Virus record (IMG/VR): IMGVR_UViG_3300042691_044383
Coordinates: 1 to 64,000 of that record
Source of the DNA: an uncultured virus (IMG/VR IMGVR_UViG_3300042691_044383)
Lineage: Duplodnaviria; Heunggongvirae; Uroviricota; Caudoviricetes
DNA length: 64,000 bases
Strand: one strand, 5' to 3'
Within the stretch, counting starts at the first letter, position 1; each line of letters starts with the position of its first letter. The notes under the pieces were generated by a model. That model was not told where the DNA came from. It did not search any database and was given only the letters and a program-made list of their open reading frames with translations. The position numbers and the translations under genes were made by a program. This document shows positions 19,763 through 29,558 of the stretch, piece after piece.

Positions 19763-20855
19763 TTCGCTTCCTCCAAGAGACCGTCACACCCTTCTCTGCC
19801 GCCGCATTGACGATGTAATTACGCAAGAAATTCCCCTCGAATTCCGCCGGATCAGTGCCCTCCGGCAACCAAACCAAGCAGCAACCACCTTTCAAATCCG
19901 CGTTCAAGCGTTTTTCGATTGCCACCAAGCTGTCCAAAACTTTCCGCTTCTCGCTTTCTAGCAACAGATCCGGGTCGAAAAGCAAAACAACGGCATGGTC
20001 TTTGAAGTGCTTCACGAGTAAATCGTATTGAGCCGGCGTCACAGCAGCACCGAGTACAGCACCGAACGGATCACCGCCCCGCCAAACGCTCGTAACACCC
20101 TCTACAACAATTCCGGTTTCACACTTTATCATGTTCCCAAGATTGTAGATGACCTGCCGCTTAGGTGTGCCCTTGGCGGTGTAGTACTTGGGAACACTCG
20201 CAAGCTTCCAGTTTGTGTCGTAAGGCGGTCTGGTTTGGAAACCGACCATCTTCTTGTTCATGTAAATCGGTATGACAATTCTGTCGCGACATAAAGCATG
20301 TCTGCTTTTAACGCACCAGTGAACATTGTAATACGTGCCGAGTTTCTTCACGTTGAAACCGCGGTTTCCGGAAAGCCACAAAACAGCCGGATGGTCTTCT
20401 GGAAGTTTATCTATGCGAACAACTTCACCTGGCCAGTTCATTCTGAAGTCGTCAATGTCTACCTCGCTACCGACTGCGATTTCCGCTTTAGCTAGGTCAA
20501 AAAGTTTTCTTCCGGTCAGCATCTGCTCAAGTCGGTCGTAGCAGTCTTGGGTTTTCAAGGCCAGCGGACAACCGGCGTTAAAGCAAACCACAAGCCTAGA
20601 TTGAATCCGGTTGTGTTCGTCCAGCGTACCATACCGGTGGTTTATCACACACCGAAAGCGAGTATCGTTGCAAAACGGGCAGCAGACAGAGTAAGACTCA
20701 CCCCAGTTTTTTATGTCGATCGTTTCACGATTGGTAACAAAATCAATTCGACGGTTCCTTTCTTGCTTCTCGTTTTGATGACTTATCCTGACATTCTTAA
20801 AGGTCGCTTTAATACGATTGTAAAGCAACATATTTAAGGGTTTTTTGTCTGCCAC
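19755..20855 (-). CDS. DNA primase (Zn finger + Toprim)
   Basis: CPFC...CF..GC finger, RIVIPI..GFQTR, KYY, VEG, LFDPD, GTDP. Confidence 0.85.
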   Translation of the reverse strand: MADKKPLNMLLYNRIKATFKNVRISHQNEKQERNRRIDFVTNRETIDIKNWGESYSVCCPFCNDTRFRCVINHRYGTLDEHNRIQSRLVVCFNAGCPLALKTQDCYDRLEQMLTGRKLFDLAKAEIAVGSEVDIDDFRMNWPGEVVRIDKLPEDHPAVLWLSGNRGFNVKKLGTYYNVHWCVKSRHALCRDRIVIPIYMNKKMVGFQTRPPYDTNWKLASVPKYYTAKGTPKRQVIYNLGNMIKCETGIVVEGVTSVWRGGDPFGAVLGAAVTPAQYDLLVKHFKDHAVVLLFDPDLLLESEKRKVLDSLVAIEKRLNADLKGGCCLVWLPEGTDPAEFEGNFLRNYIVNAAAEKGVTVSWRKRNG

Positions 20856-20876
20856 TGCACTTACCCTTTTCTGCGT

Positions 20877-22571
20877 TTATTCTTCGCTTAAATTCGAAAC
20901 CTGCTCCGAAGCGTAATCCATGCTGCTGTCTTCTGTGTAATCGGCAAAAGGATCTTCTACTGTTTCCGACAGGCCCGGAACCGAACTAAACATATCCGGA
21001 GACAAAACAGTCGAAGAACCTAGGCTGTCTTTCCTGACGATCTTACCAAGCCTGTCCACGGTATAACCTTCTGGTGCCGTGACGGTGTTAAACAAGCCGT
21101 CAACCTTTAACAGCACAGGATTGTGCTGACCGGCTCGCCGATGCTTGGAGCAACAAAGTTGACCCATGTAATCGTCATTCAAACGACCACCCACAAAACA
21201 GAAAGCCAGATTTTCGGCAAAACTTCTAGAGCCTTTAGCTTGCGTGTGATCCATTCTTTTCGCAGGATTCAATATCGCATTTGCCTCGCCGGAAAGCTGG
21301 TGAAAAGCCCAAACAGGTGTGTTAAAAGGCATAGCAACGCGATTGACAAGCTGTAATCCTGCGAGCTGGTAAAGCCTGTCTTCGCGTTGTTTTTCCTTCG
21401 GGTCCACCGTTGCATCTCTTTGCACCATAAGCCCAACATAGTCGACTATGACGGTCGCGATGTAGTAGTCCGGTCCGCAACGCTTTAATTCCGCTTTTAT
21501 CGCGGAAACGATTTCCGATACGCCACGATTACCAGCCGTCTTAAACTTCTCGTGCCTGCCCGTGAAATCAAGACAAACTGTGTGCTCGTTCACGACCGGC
21601 AAAACTCGCTCATACCGTTGCATCTCCGGTTCAAAAACACCGTTTGCTATCTGCTCCTTGAACAAAATCTTTTCGTAGTCTTGCGGAGTCTCCGGGTCGA
21701 CTCCAAATATAGAAACGCCGTTCGTGCCCATGGCTTGAAGCCGCGTTCGAGATATCTGTGCTGAATACATCAGCAGTCGGTCCCGCAACTCGTCCTGCAA
21801 CGGCGCTTCATAAGACACGAGAACTGCCAAGCCCTTTTTACCGTTCGACTCCCCGCTCAAGTACTTACTACACGCTTGCTTAGCGGCAGCGTACCAAAGC
21901 ATTACAGCCAAGGTAGTTTTGTAGGATCCGAACGGTGCCAGCACGCCGTAGGCCTCGCCCGGGGCAGTTCCACCCTCAAGAAAGGTATCCAGAAAACTGA
22001 CACCGCAAGACTCCAGGTAAACACCAGCCCGTTTATCCCAGCCAACCGGAAGCGTCAGGTTTCTGCCCCCGGAAACCGACAAACCCATCAACGACTCAGT
22101 TTGTGCTGTAGCCTGTTGAAAGATGGCCGGCAACTGGCCTACATCGCTGAGGTCACTCAGCTGAGAAATAGCGGCTCGTTTCTGCTGCTCCAGCAAAAAC
22201 TTAGTCGCGAAGTTAAAAGCGAAATTTTCTGCCTTGATGCTTTTCGGACCGTCCGGCTCCTTAAACAGGCCAGGGTCAAAAGCGTAGTACAGAAAATCGT
22301 CTAACGCGTCGTACTCGTCATCGTCGAGAGAAAAGTATTCTTTTTCGACGTAACTGGCAATGTCCGCGTTGATCTGCGACAAATCCGGAAGACATTGATT
22401 TTCGTTGAAGTAATCCCAAACAACTTTGTAGAGCAGTTGATACCCTGCAAAGTCAAAATGACTCGCTGTCAGGCTTGCTTTGAAACTCTCGAACACTTGC
22501 TCATTGCGAAACAAGACAGCCAAAAAGAGTTTCAAATGAGCTTCTGACAGCACTTTTTGCTGCCCACTCAT
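20877..22571 (-). CDS. DnaB-like replicative helicase
   Basis: APFGSYKT Walker A, SYE, IVDYVG Walker B, HQL, KHR. Confidence 0.85.
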   Translation of the reverse strand: MSGQQKVLSEAHLKLFLAVLFRNEQVFESFKASLTASHFDFAGYQLLYKVVWDYFNENQCLPDLSQINADIASYVEKEYFSLDDDEYDALDDFLYYAFDPGLFKEPDGPKSIKAENFAFNFATKFLLEQQKRAAISQLSDLSDVGQLPAIFQQATAQTESLMGLSVSGGRNLTLPVGWDKRAGVYLESCGVSFLDTFLEGGTAPGEAYGVLAPFGSYKTTLAVMLWYAAAKQACSKYLSGESNGKKGLAVLVSYEAPLQDELRDRLLMYSAQISRTRLQAMGTNGVSIFGVDPETPQDYEKILFKEQIANGVFEPEMQRYERVLPVVNEHTVCLDFTGRHEKFKTAGNRGVSEIVSAIKAELKRCGPDYYIATVIVDYVGLMVQRDATVDPKEKQREDRLYQLAGLQLVNRVAMPFNTPVWAFHQLSGEANAILNPAKRMDHTQAKGSRSFAENLAFCFVGGRLNDDYMGQLCCSKHRRAGQHNPVLLKVDGLFNTVTAPEGYTVDRLGKIVRKDSLGSSTVLSPDMFSSVPGLSETVEDPFADYTEDSSMDYASEQVSNLSEE

Positions 22572-22582
22572 GACGATTTCCT

Positions 22583-23377
22583 TTACGCGTCCCTGGCGGA
22601 ATCCACCAAAGACAAAGCCAATTTTTTAAAACCAGACGGCAAACTACTTCCGTAAACCGAACTGTAAATTTCCGGAAAAACGGTGTAGTCGAAAGCTGCC
22701 AAGAATTCCAAGTCTTTCACGTAAGTTTGCATACGCGAAATTCCAAAATCCATGTTCACACCAGCTTCACGCTCGTTCTGTGCTTTTTGAAGTGCATCCG
22801 TCGCTAAACAATAACGGTAAAGCGGAGATAAACCCAAACGTGCATCCAGCAGGGTGCAATATATCGCCGTAAACGTAGCCTGCCTAGTCCCGGCCTTCCC
22901 TCCGAGCCGCAAAAGTATTTCCGTTTTAGCTCTAGCCGAATCCGTTATAAAACTCGACTGAAGTCGCTTAAACGCGTCTTTTGCATAGTCTCGCACAATT
23001 TGCGCGTTAGCCGCCGAAGCCAGCTGCAACACGTTGGGAGTCGGCAACGAGCTGTACCGTAGCGAGTTGAACAGTATGCGAACGTACTCGATCGGCGTGT
23101 CAGGTTTGCAGATGGAGGCAACTGCGCGATAAGCTGCTTCCCAGCTGTTCTGCTTCGACTTCTCTTCCGGCGTGTTGTATCGTTTACCGCCGTCAAGACT
23201 GGCCGCAGGCTTGTATACCGGGGAATCTCCCTCTGATCGACACATGTCCAAAACTCGACGCTCTAAGACATACGTCCGCTTGAACAGCGAAACATGACCT
23301 GAAAGACTGTCGGTCGAAAGACCTTCATTGCGAACAGGCTTGGAGCTACTTGAAGGTTTTGGTGGTTTCGAAAACAT
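22583..23377 (-). CDS. Hypothetical protein between SF2 helicase and DnaB
   Basis: 264 aa; TAATG overlap with helicase stop. Confidence 0.65.
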   Translation of the reverse strand: MFSKPPKPSSSSKPVRNEGLSTDSLSGHVSLFKRTYVLERRVLDMCRSEGDSPVYKPAASLDGGKRYNTPEEKSKQNSWEAAYRAVASICKPDTPIEYVRILFNSLRYSSLPTPNVLQLASAANAQIVRDYAKDAFKRLQSSFITDSARAKTEILLRLGGKAGTRQATFTAIYCTLLDARLGLSPLYRYCLATDALQKAQNEREAGVNMDFGISRMQTYVKDLEFLAAFDYTVFPEIYSSVYGSSLPSGFKKLALSLVDSARDA

Positions 23378-24924
23378 TAAGAATAAAGCCTTTCAAGGTG
23401 CGAGTCAGGGAATTTCTGCGCCCAACCGTGCTGGCGATAAACCTTGAGACGGCCTTTAGTTTGACGATCAAAGCCTTTGTCCCAACCGTCGAGGTAGTCG
23501 TGGATAATACCGAAAGTTTTACCGTCCGCAATACGACTTACGCGACCAGGAATCTGCGTGCTGTCGATCGCACTGCTACCGCCATTACCTCGGATAAGCA
23601 CAGTCAAATTGTTGAACGAAACACCGACATTCCACACCGTTGTCGCGATCACTTTCTTGAGCTCTCCCTTTTCAAACTTTTGCGTCAGCATCTTCTTTCT
23701 TGTGAAGTCCATCAGCGGCTCCGTTGCAGAGCAAAACTTCTGCCGCTTGTAATTCTGCAACTCCTCGGGCGTCAGTCCCTCGTCCGCGTACACCAGCGTA
23801 AATTCCGGCAGCAGCTTCTTGAGATGAAAAGCGTGAGTAATTGTGTCGACCGTGATTAGAACCTGCGTGTCCTTGTCGTAAGCTTTCGCGTCGTTTGCAA
23901 TAGCCAAGTTACGCAATTCGTTGGTCCATATTCCGATGCGTTTACGCCTTACAGAATCGTCCGTGTCCACCCCTGCACACGGATTGTAGTCCAGTCTAAC
24001 GTTTGTCCATCTTATCTCGATCGGAACAACCAGGCCGGAGCCTTGGGCTGTCTGGTACGGAACACGGTAGATGATCGGCCCGAATATGCCCTCCAAACGC
24101 ATGTCCTTGTTGTCGTAACGAACGTCGTGGCTGGCCGACAGCCCGTAATTTCGACTGTCCTGATAGCGAACGAGCTCCTCTGACGCCTTATCCGCCGCGA
24201 GTTCGTGACACTCGTCCCCGATCAGTATGTCTGCGTCCGCCTTGCTGTGCTTCAACGAGTTAGCCGTGTAGCACATAACTCGGCGATCCTTGATGCTCTT
24301 TCCTCCGCCAACGATACCCACGTCACCCACCATCGAAGTGAGCTCCGGGTAAATTCTGTCCCGCAGAACCGCTACACGCTTGGAAACAACGTCGATCCTC
24401 GCACGAGGGAATACAGAGGCCACAATTCCAATCATGAAAGATTTACCGAAACCCGGTGCGCAGTCTATTCGTCCACAGCTGTTTCTGATGATGGCATCCA
24501 GGAACTCCGGTTGATGATCTCGCAACTGATAGCTTGCAATGTTATCCATGAACATCTCAAAACGTAAAGCTCGGTTTTTCGCGGCTTTATGTTGTTGATT
24601 CACGACAGTCGGCGTGTTGTCCTTGTAGCTTACAGAATAGCCAGCGGCCCTCAGCGTTTCAGATATGGTTTTCCAAAACCCAAACGGCGTGGCAACCCGG
24701 CCCTTGAAGTCCAGCTCGAAAAGGATATGCCGATCAATAGCGAAGGTCTTTAAACCGTTTCTTTTTGCGTCGTACAGTTCACGCCCGACCAGTTTGCGGA
24801 ACGATTCGAAACTAAGCTTGGGCCCCAGAATATCCACTATTTTCTGGTCTGCAACGCCCGGATCAACAAGCAAAATGTTCCCGTTTTTTATCAAAACAAC
24901 TTCTTTACCCATACTGCGTCCCAT
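23377..24924 (-). CDS. Superfamily 2 (UvsW/SSL2-like) DExH helicase
   Basis: LRDHQ, APGFGKS, DECH, SAS, VGVS, Q.PGRVSR; start likely 24924 or 24912. Confidence 0.9.
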   Translation of the reverse strand: MGRSMGKEVVLIKNGNILLVDPGVADQKIVDILGPKLSFESFRKLVGRELYDAKRNGLKTFAIDRHILFELDFKGRVATPFGFWKTISETLRAAGYSVSYKDNTPTVVNQQHKAAKNRALRFEMFMDNIASYQLRDHQPEFLDAIIRNSCGRIDCAPGFGKSFMIGIVASVFPRARIDVVSKRVAVLRDRIYPELTSMVGDVGIVGGGKSIKDRRVMCYTANSLKHSKADADILIGDECHELAADKASEELVRYQDSRNYGLSASHDVRYDNKDMRLEGIFGPIIYRVPYQTAQGSGLVVPIEIRWTNVRLDYNPCAGVDTDDSVRRKRIGIWTNELRNLAIANDAKAYDKDTQVLITVDTITHAFHLKKLLPEFTLVYADEGLTPEELQNYKRQKFCSATEPLMDFTRKKMLTQKFEKGELKKVIATTVWNVGVSFNNLTVLIRGNGGSSAIDSTQIPGRVSRIADGKTFGIIHDYLDGWDKGFDRQTKGRLKVYRQHGWAQKFPDSHLERLYS

Positions 24925-24950
24925 TGTAAGTAAAAGGGTTTCAGCTAAAA

Positions 24951-25019
24951 TGGCATCAGCTGCAACGACGACAGCTAAGCCAATTACCACCCGAGGGTCA
25001 CAACTCGGGTGGTTTTTTT
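24951..25019. other. Two tandem hairpins; the second has a plus-strand (antisense) T-tract like an intrinsic terminator
   Basis: Imperfect stem at 24951-24982; perfect 10-bp stem ACCACCCGAG/CTCGGGTGGT at 24986-25013 followed by Ts on +. Confidence 0.65.
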
Positions 25020-25500
25020 ATTCACTATCCGTAAACAGAGTCGGTTTCGCAAACACGTCAACAACCCTGTAGTGCCCATACGTGCCGGGTTGCCATGGCG
25101 ATAAGCCTTTGTGCTTACCTGCAATCCCCAGCAAACGCGAAAAAGCATCGACCGGCAAGTTCTCAGGAAGCGAAAGGCTTATTTCTGCCAACTGTCCCGC
25201 AGCGATTGACTCGTGAACAGAGTAACGCTCCCTGCCTGCAGCACTCATATAGTAAACTCGATGCCATCGTTTGTCACGCAGCTCTACATCGACCACCGTG
25301 CTCCACAGAATACGTTGCACTTCTTCGCGATAGCCTGATATCAAATTGGCTGCCATCACCATGTTCGATTTGTGCCAAGCAGGCAAGAAAACTATCTTGC
25401 CTTCGCGGTTTCGACTAAACAAAAACCTTCCCGACCCGGGTTCTTTGGCGTTACCCAGGCAAGGCGAGACAAACTGTAAGCGTGCGATAAACTCTGTCAC
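25018..25500 (-). CDS. Stand-alone RAMP (Cas7/Csm3-group-like) protein
   Basis: First strand RLQFVSPCLG, FSR..EGK, HESI.AG, C-terminal G-loop AGKHKGLSPWQPGTYGHYRV. Confidence 0.65.
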   Translation of the reverse strand: MTEFIARLQFVSPCLGNAKEPGSGRFLFSRNREGKIVFLPAWHKSNMVMAANLISGYREEVQRILWSTVVDVELRDKRWHRVYYMSAAGRERYSVHESIAAGQLAEISLSLPENLPVDAFSRLLGIAGKHKGLSPWQPGTYGHYRVVDVFAKPTLFTDSE

Positions 25501-26321
25501 TGCGGATCGAAAATATCTATGTACATTTGCTTTGCTTTCTGGCTTTTGAAGAACAAAGACGGATCAAAAAACGAAAGCCGCGTTTGAAACGAAAGCCAAT
25601 GTCGTACAAAAAAATGCAAAAACAATCTAGGCATCGCGAAAAGCTTGTCTCTCGGATTCCTGACTTCGGCCTCCGCGTGCAAAAAACTATTGCTCGGTAT
25701 CGCTTTCACGGCGTCCGACAGCATGAAAAATTTCGCGTCCGCTAGTCTGTGCGACCTCTTTTGAAGTCCAAAGTACCGCTCCAAAGCCTTGAAACTTCCG
25801 TTTGCTGACATGAACCAACGGGGATCCAAGATGTCAGCAACCAGAAACATCGCAGGATCTAAGTCCGCATCGCAGCCGAGTCGCGAAAAAACAGGGGCCA
25901 GACAATGGTTTTGCCAGGCCACCTCCGCCATGTCGTAAGATGCGTCGTATAAACTTTTAGCAAGTAAGTACGTGCTGATGGACGCATCGTCCAGCAGGTG
26001 CCAATGCGAAGCTTGCCGCTTGGCAGGCGGAACTGCAACAACATCGTACAGGAAATCCTTAGACTTGCAGTCAAAATGACGCCAAGGAAAAACCGAGCCG
26101 ACATATATGCTGGACAAATTCTTTTCGTTTGCGCTGTAACGTCTTACGGTGTCAAAGTACAACTCCGTCAGAATGGCATAATTGGAAGGGAAACCAACAA
26201 CCCAGAAGTCCGACGCAGGTAAAACGTCAAACTTAGGCCTAACTATGCCTTTTCCAGCCTGCAGACTCCAAACGTCGCCGTTGGAGTCTGCGTGCAAACA
26301 AACGGTTTGTCTATCTGTCAT
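25497..26321 (-). CDS. Nop/IS110 C-terminal domain-like protein (Tas-like, apparently nuclease-less)
   Basis: H.L...LG...A..LVADILDPRWF...KALERYFGL resembles the Transposase_20/Nop core; distal RLFLHFFVRHW helix. Confidence 0.55.
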   Translation of the reverse strand: MTDRQTVCLHADSNGDVWSLQAGKGIVRPKFDVLPASDFWVVGFPSNYAILTELYFDTVRRYSANEKNLSSIYVGSVFPWRHFDCKSKDFLYDVVAVPPAKRQASHWHLLDDASISTYLLAKSLYDASYDMAEVAWQNHCLAPVFSRLGCDADLDPAMFLVADILDPRWFMSANGSFKALERYFGLQKRSHRLADAKFFMLSDAVKAIPSNSFLHAEAEVRNPRDKLFAMPRLFLHFFVRHWLSFQTRLSFFDPSLFFKSQKAKQMYIDIFDPQ

Positions 26322-28459
26322 TTATCGATCGTTACAATTTGGTCGAAGGCACTTGTCATGTCTTGGACGTGCGTGATGACAATAATCTGCTTCTGCGCCC
26401 CAACGTTTGCAGACCAGCTCTGCATCGCGTCATGGAAGTAAGCGACGTTGTCTGCGTCCAATCCCGCCGTAGGTTCGTCCAGGAACAACATCCCAATATT
26501 ATGCCCGAAAAGCCTATCCAAAGCCGCCCGAAAAGCAATGGCCAGGATAACTTTCTGACCACCACTGAGCTGCCTTGCCGACACGCTGGGCTTGCCAGGG
26601 AAAGTCGCCTTGAAAGACAGGTCGTCAGTTGTTTCAACCAAAAAAGGAGAACTGAAGAGCTCGAGCTGCGTATTGATGTCCGCTTCCAACTGCATCAAAT
26701 TGTTCTGCGCTACCCGCTTAGGTAGTCCAGACCAATGAAAAGCGTTAGCGACCCTGTCCACTACTTCGGCCAACGACCTGGTCTTGGCTTCTCGGGCAAG
26801 CGAGGTTTTCAGCTTGTTCAACGTCGCCTGCAAAGTACTCAACTGCGTTGCGTTAGTCTTGTACTCGGCGGAAACCGCAGCCTTTTGGCGTAAAGCCTCG
26901 TCGTGCCGTTCGAGCTTCTCCTGTATCGATGCGTCAGCCGACCCGAGATCCGTTGTCAAAGTTGCAAGCTGAGCCTCGTACTCTTGCAGCTGGCTTTCAG
27001 CGTTCGATATGCGGCCTCTCAGCACGTCCAATTCTGCTTTCAACCTGTCTCGCTTCGGTTTGCTCTCCGCAAACGATGCTTCCGCCTTTTTACGCTGCTC
27101 GAGGGCTGCCGTTGCCCTGTCTGCCGCGTCTTGCGTTACAATCGACTGCGAAGCCTGCGACAGTCCCTGCAGCTCCGATTGGTATTTCACCAAAAGACCT
27201 TGCTGCTCTCTTCGTAACTCAAGCAGATATTCCGACCGATCGCAATAGTTCTGCGAGGCCATGACCTGTCTTGCTTTCTCCACCGCCAGCCTTTCGACAG
27301 CGTCCGCTTCAGCTTTTAATTTCACCGAATGCGACGCAGGAATGTTCTGCATGCACGAAGAACACACAGCCCGACTGCCTTGCTCCAAGTTACTAACGGC
27401 GGTTTTTAACTCCTTCGCTTTTGTTCTTAAACTTTGAAGTTCCGCTTTTAAGCCCGCAAGTTCCTCTTTCGAAAAACTCGGAGACTTTGCAGCGTGCAAA
27501 GCTATTTCTGCGTCGGTCGCTTCAACCTTAGCCTCCCAGTCTCTAATAAGTGAACGGCATCTTACCTGCTTGGATTGAAGAGAGCTTTGTGCCTGCCAGT
27601 CGCGTAAAGTCCCTACCGCAGCTTCAAGCAAAGTCTTGTGCTTTTTCAGCCAATCGGCAGCTCTGTTAAACTTTGTTTCCACGTCCTGGAAAACTTTTTC
27701 TTTGTCGCCTAGAACATTTTTCAATGCTTCGAGGTCAATAAGACCCTGCGACTTAAGCGACTCGAGCTGCGAAACCTTCAGATAAAGATCCCGCTTCTGT
27801 CGCAATTCAGCTGCCTCGTCGTCGGGCAGCAAGCCTTCGAACTTCGTACGCTTAAGTCGCAGCATTTCCCTCTGAATTTGATCAATGTTGCTTTCTAGGT
27901 CCAGGCTGTTGTCAATTGACTGCTTCGCCGTGAGCCTGTCCCGGAATTGCACGCAAGCCTTGTGCAGCGAAGTGGCCGACTCGACTCCACACAAGTGCTG
28001 AAACGCTTTAGCCCGCACGCTTTCCGTGTCATCAAGAAAGCTGAACATTTCCCACTGCTCGACAAACACATAACGATCAAAAACGCTTGGCGTCAGGCCC
28101 AGCAGCTTGAAAACTGCGCCATTGACCTGCGAAGCCGTCTCGATCTCACTGTCGCCGTATGTGAAGGTCACCTCGTTCGGACGCAGGCTTCGAACCAGCT
28201 CAAACGGCTTACAACCATGGTTTCCAACAATCTTAATCCAAGACTTTTCGTGCTTAGCTGCCTGATTGTTAATGGCCTCGGCCTTTGTTGCCACGTTGAA
28301 GCGTGTGAAATCACCCGTAAAGGCGGCGTAGATAGCGTTCACGAACGAACTCTTACCCGCCCCGTTGGCGCCGACTATGCCGACGATACCAGAGGACAAC
28401 TCCGCGGTTAACTCCCTGTGGGGACCGATGTTCTTTAGCTCAACTGTCTCAATTTGCAT
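26318..28459 (-). CDS. sbcC: SbcC/Rad50-like ATPase
   Basis: GANGAGKS, Q-loop, coiled coil with CSSC hook, LSGGQ, LFLDEPT, ITH. Confidence 0.93.
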   Translation of the reverse strand: MQIETVELKNIGPHRELTAELSSGIVGIVGANGAGKSSFVNAIYAAFTGDFTRFNVATKAEAINNQAAKHEKSWIKIVGNHGCKPFELVRSLRPNEVTFTYGDSEIETASQVNGAVFKLLGLTPSVFDRYVFVEQWEMFSFLDDTESVRAKAFQHLCGVESATSLHKACVQFRDRLTAKQSIDNSLDLESNIDQIQREMLRLKRTKFEGLLPDDEAAELRQKRDLYLKVSQLESLKSQGLIDLEALKNVLGDKEKVFQDVETKFNRAADWLKKHKTLLEAAVGTLRDWQAQSSLQSKQVRCRSLIRDWEAKVEATDAEIALHAAKSPSFSKEELAGLKAELQSLRTKAKELKTAVSNLEQGSRAVCSSCMQNIPASHSVKLKAEADAVERLAVEKARQVMASQNYCDRSEYLLELRREQQGLLVKYQSELQGLSQASQSIVTQDAADRATAALEQRKKAEASFAESKPKRDRLKAELDVLRGRISNAESQLQEYEAQLATLTTDLGSADASIQEKLERHDEALRQKAAVSAEYKTNATQLSTLQATLNKLKTSLAREAKTRSLAEVVDRVANAFHWSGLPKRVAQNNLMQLEADINTQLELFSSPFLVETTDDLSFKATFPGKPSVSARQLSGGQKVILAIAFRAALDRLFGHNIGMLFLDEPTAGLDADNVAYFHDAMQSWSANVGAQKQIIVITHVQDMTSAFDQIVTIDK

Positions 28460-29558
28460 TCAAATTCTCCTCTAACCAACGTTCAAGTACAGTGTTCGGA
28501 TCCGCACCCGATAAAAGCTCGGACGCCAAACCGTAGGCCGCAGGCGATCCCTGCGGGTTGATCTCAAACGGCAAACAAGCTTGAAGCGTCAAATGGCTCT
28601 CATCCGTCGTGGTGTCCACACTTAAAACGTCAACAGAAACCGTCTTCAGCTTGAAAAACAAGTGAGCAAGGCCGTCAAAACTCTCTTTGATGTGCCGCAC
28701 AAAATCAAAATCATCCTTGCCGTGGACGATTCGAACAATCGGTTTCCGCAGCTCCTCCGGGAGATCTCCGAAATCTTGTCCGACAAACGTTTTAACCCGC
28801 TCAGAAATCTGTAAGTACGGCAAAGTACCTGTTTTGACTTCCAGGTATCTCCGAGTCGGTATGTCGCGGACTTCAATCGACAAGCCCTTCTGGTCAGCAC
28901 TTATCTCGAAGAAATGCTTTTCCGCCGGCTCCGCCAAGCTGCGCAAATGCGTGCTTCCGGGGCTTAAAACCGTCAAATCTTTGCTAACCTCGCGAACAAT
29001 CGTTTGGTGGAAATCACCAGTTAACATAAATCTGACGTTTTTGGGTAGATCATCAAAGCAACCTTGTGTCTTTCCAACGTCACCCATGAAATCTTTCCAG
29101 ACCTGGTGACAGACAAGAAAATACTCTTGTCCAGAATCCTTTTCGATTTCACCCAGCCTTTCCGCAAGAGTTTTCTCGTTGCAGTAGTCGAATCCAGCTA
29201 TCCGAAGACCGTTCGAAAAGCAAAAGTCCGACTTGCCTTTTAAATGTTTCGCACCCAAGTTGGCCACGTCCATCCACGGTAAGTCGCGTTGAAACTCGTG
29301 TTGACCCTGATTGTAAAGCACGGTCACTCCGGCGTCTCGCAGCTTTAGAAGCCCCGCATTCAGCTTTGCAACAGGATTTGCAACATTTAGTTGCTTGTCC
29401 AAGATGTCGCCCGCTAGAATTACAGCGTCAACGCCTGCCAGCACAGCGTACTGCACAATGTAGCTCCAGCTGTGGTAGCTGTCTCCATGGATAGGCCGGT
29501 GTTTCCAAATGGTGTCCGACAAATGCAAATCGCTAACAGCTAAAATTTTTCTAAACAT
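28449..29558 (-). CDS. sbcD: SbcD/Mre11-like nuclease
   Basis: SDLH, AGDILD, GQHE, CHQ, GDFH, SPGS; start reassigned to ATG 29558. Confidence 0.9.
   Translation of the reverse strand: MFRKILAVSDLHLSDTIWKHRPIHGDSYHSWSYIVQYAVLAGVDAVILAGDILDKQLNVANPVAKLNAGLLKLRDAGVTVLYNQGQHEFQRDLPWMDVANLGAKHLKGKSDFCFSNGLRIAGFDYCNEKTLAERLGEIEKDSGQEYFLVCHQVWKDFMGDVGKTQGCFDDLPKNVRFMLTGDFHQTIVREVSKDLTVLSPGSTHLRSLAEPAEKHFFEISADQKGLSIEVRDIPTRRYLEVKTGTLPYLQISERVKTFVGQDFGDLPEELRKPIVRIVHGKDDFDFVRHIKESFDGLAHLFFKLKTVSVDVLSVDTTTDESHLTLQACLPFEINPQGSPAAYGLASELLSGADPNTVLERWLEENLNAN

Noticed and set aside
25497..26321. Active IS110 insertion sequence
   Set aside because: No DEDD RuvC motif or GLxPxxxxSG seen; gene is coupled on both sides with no non-coding ends
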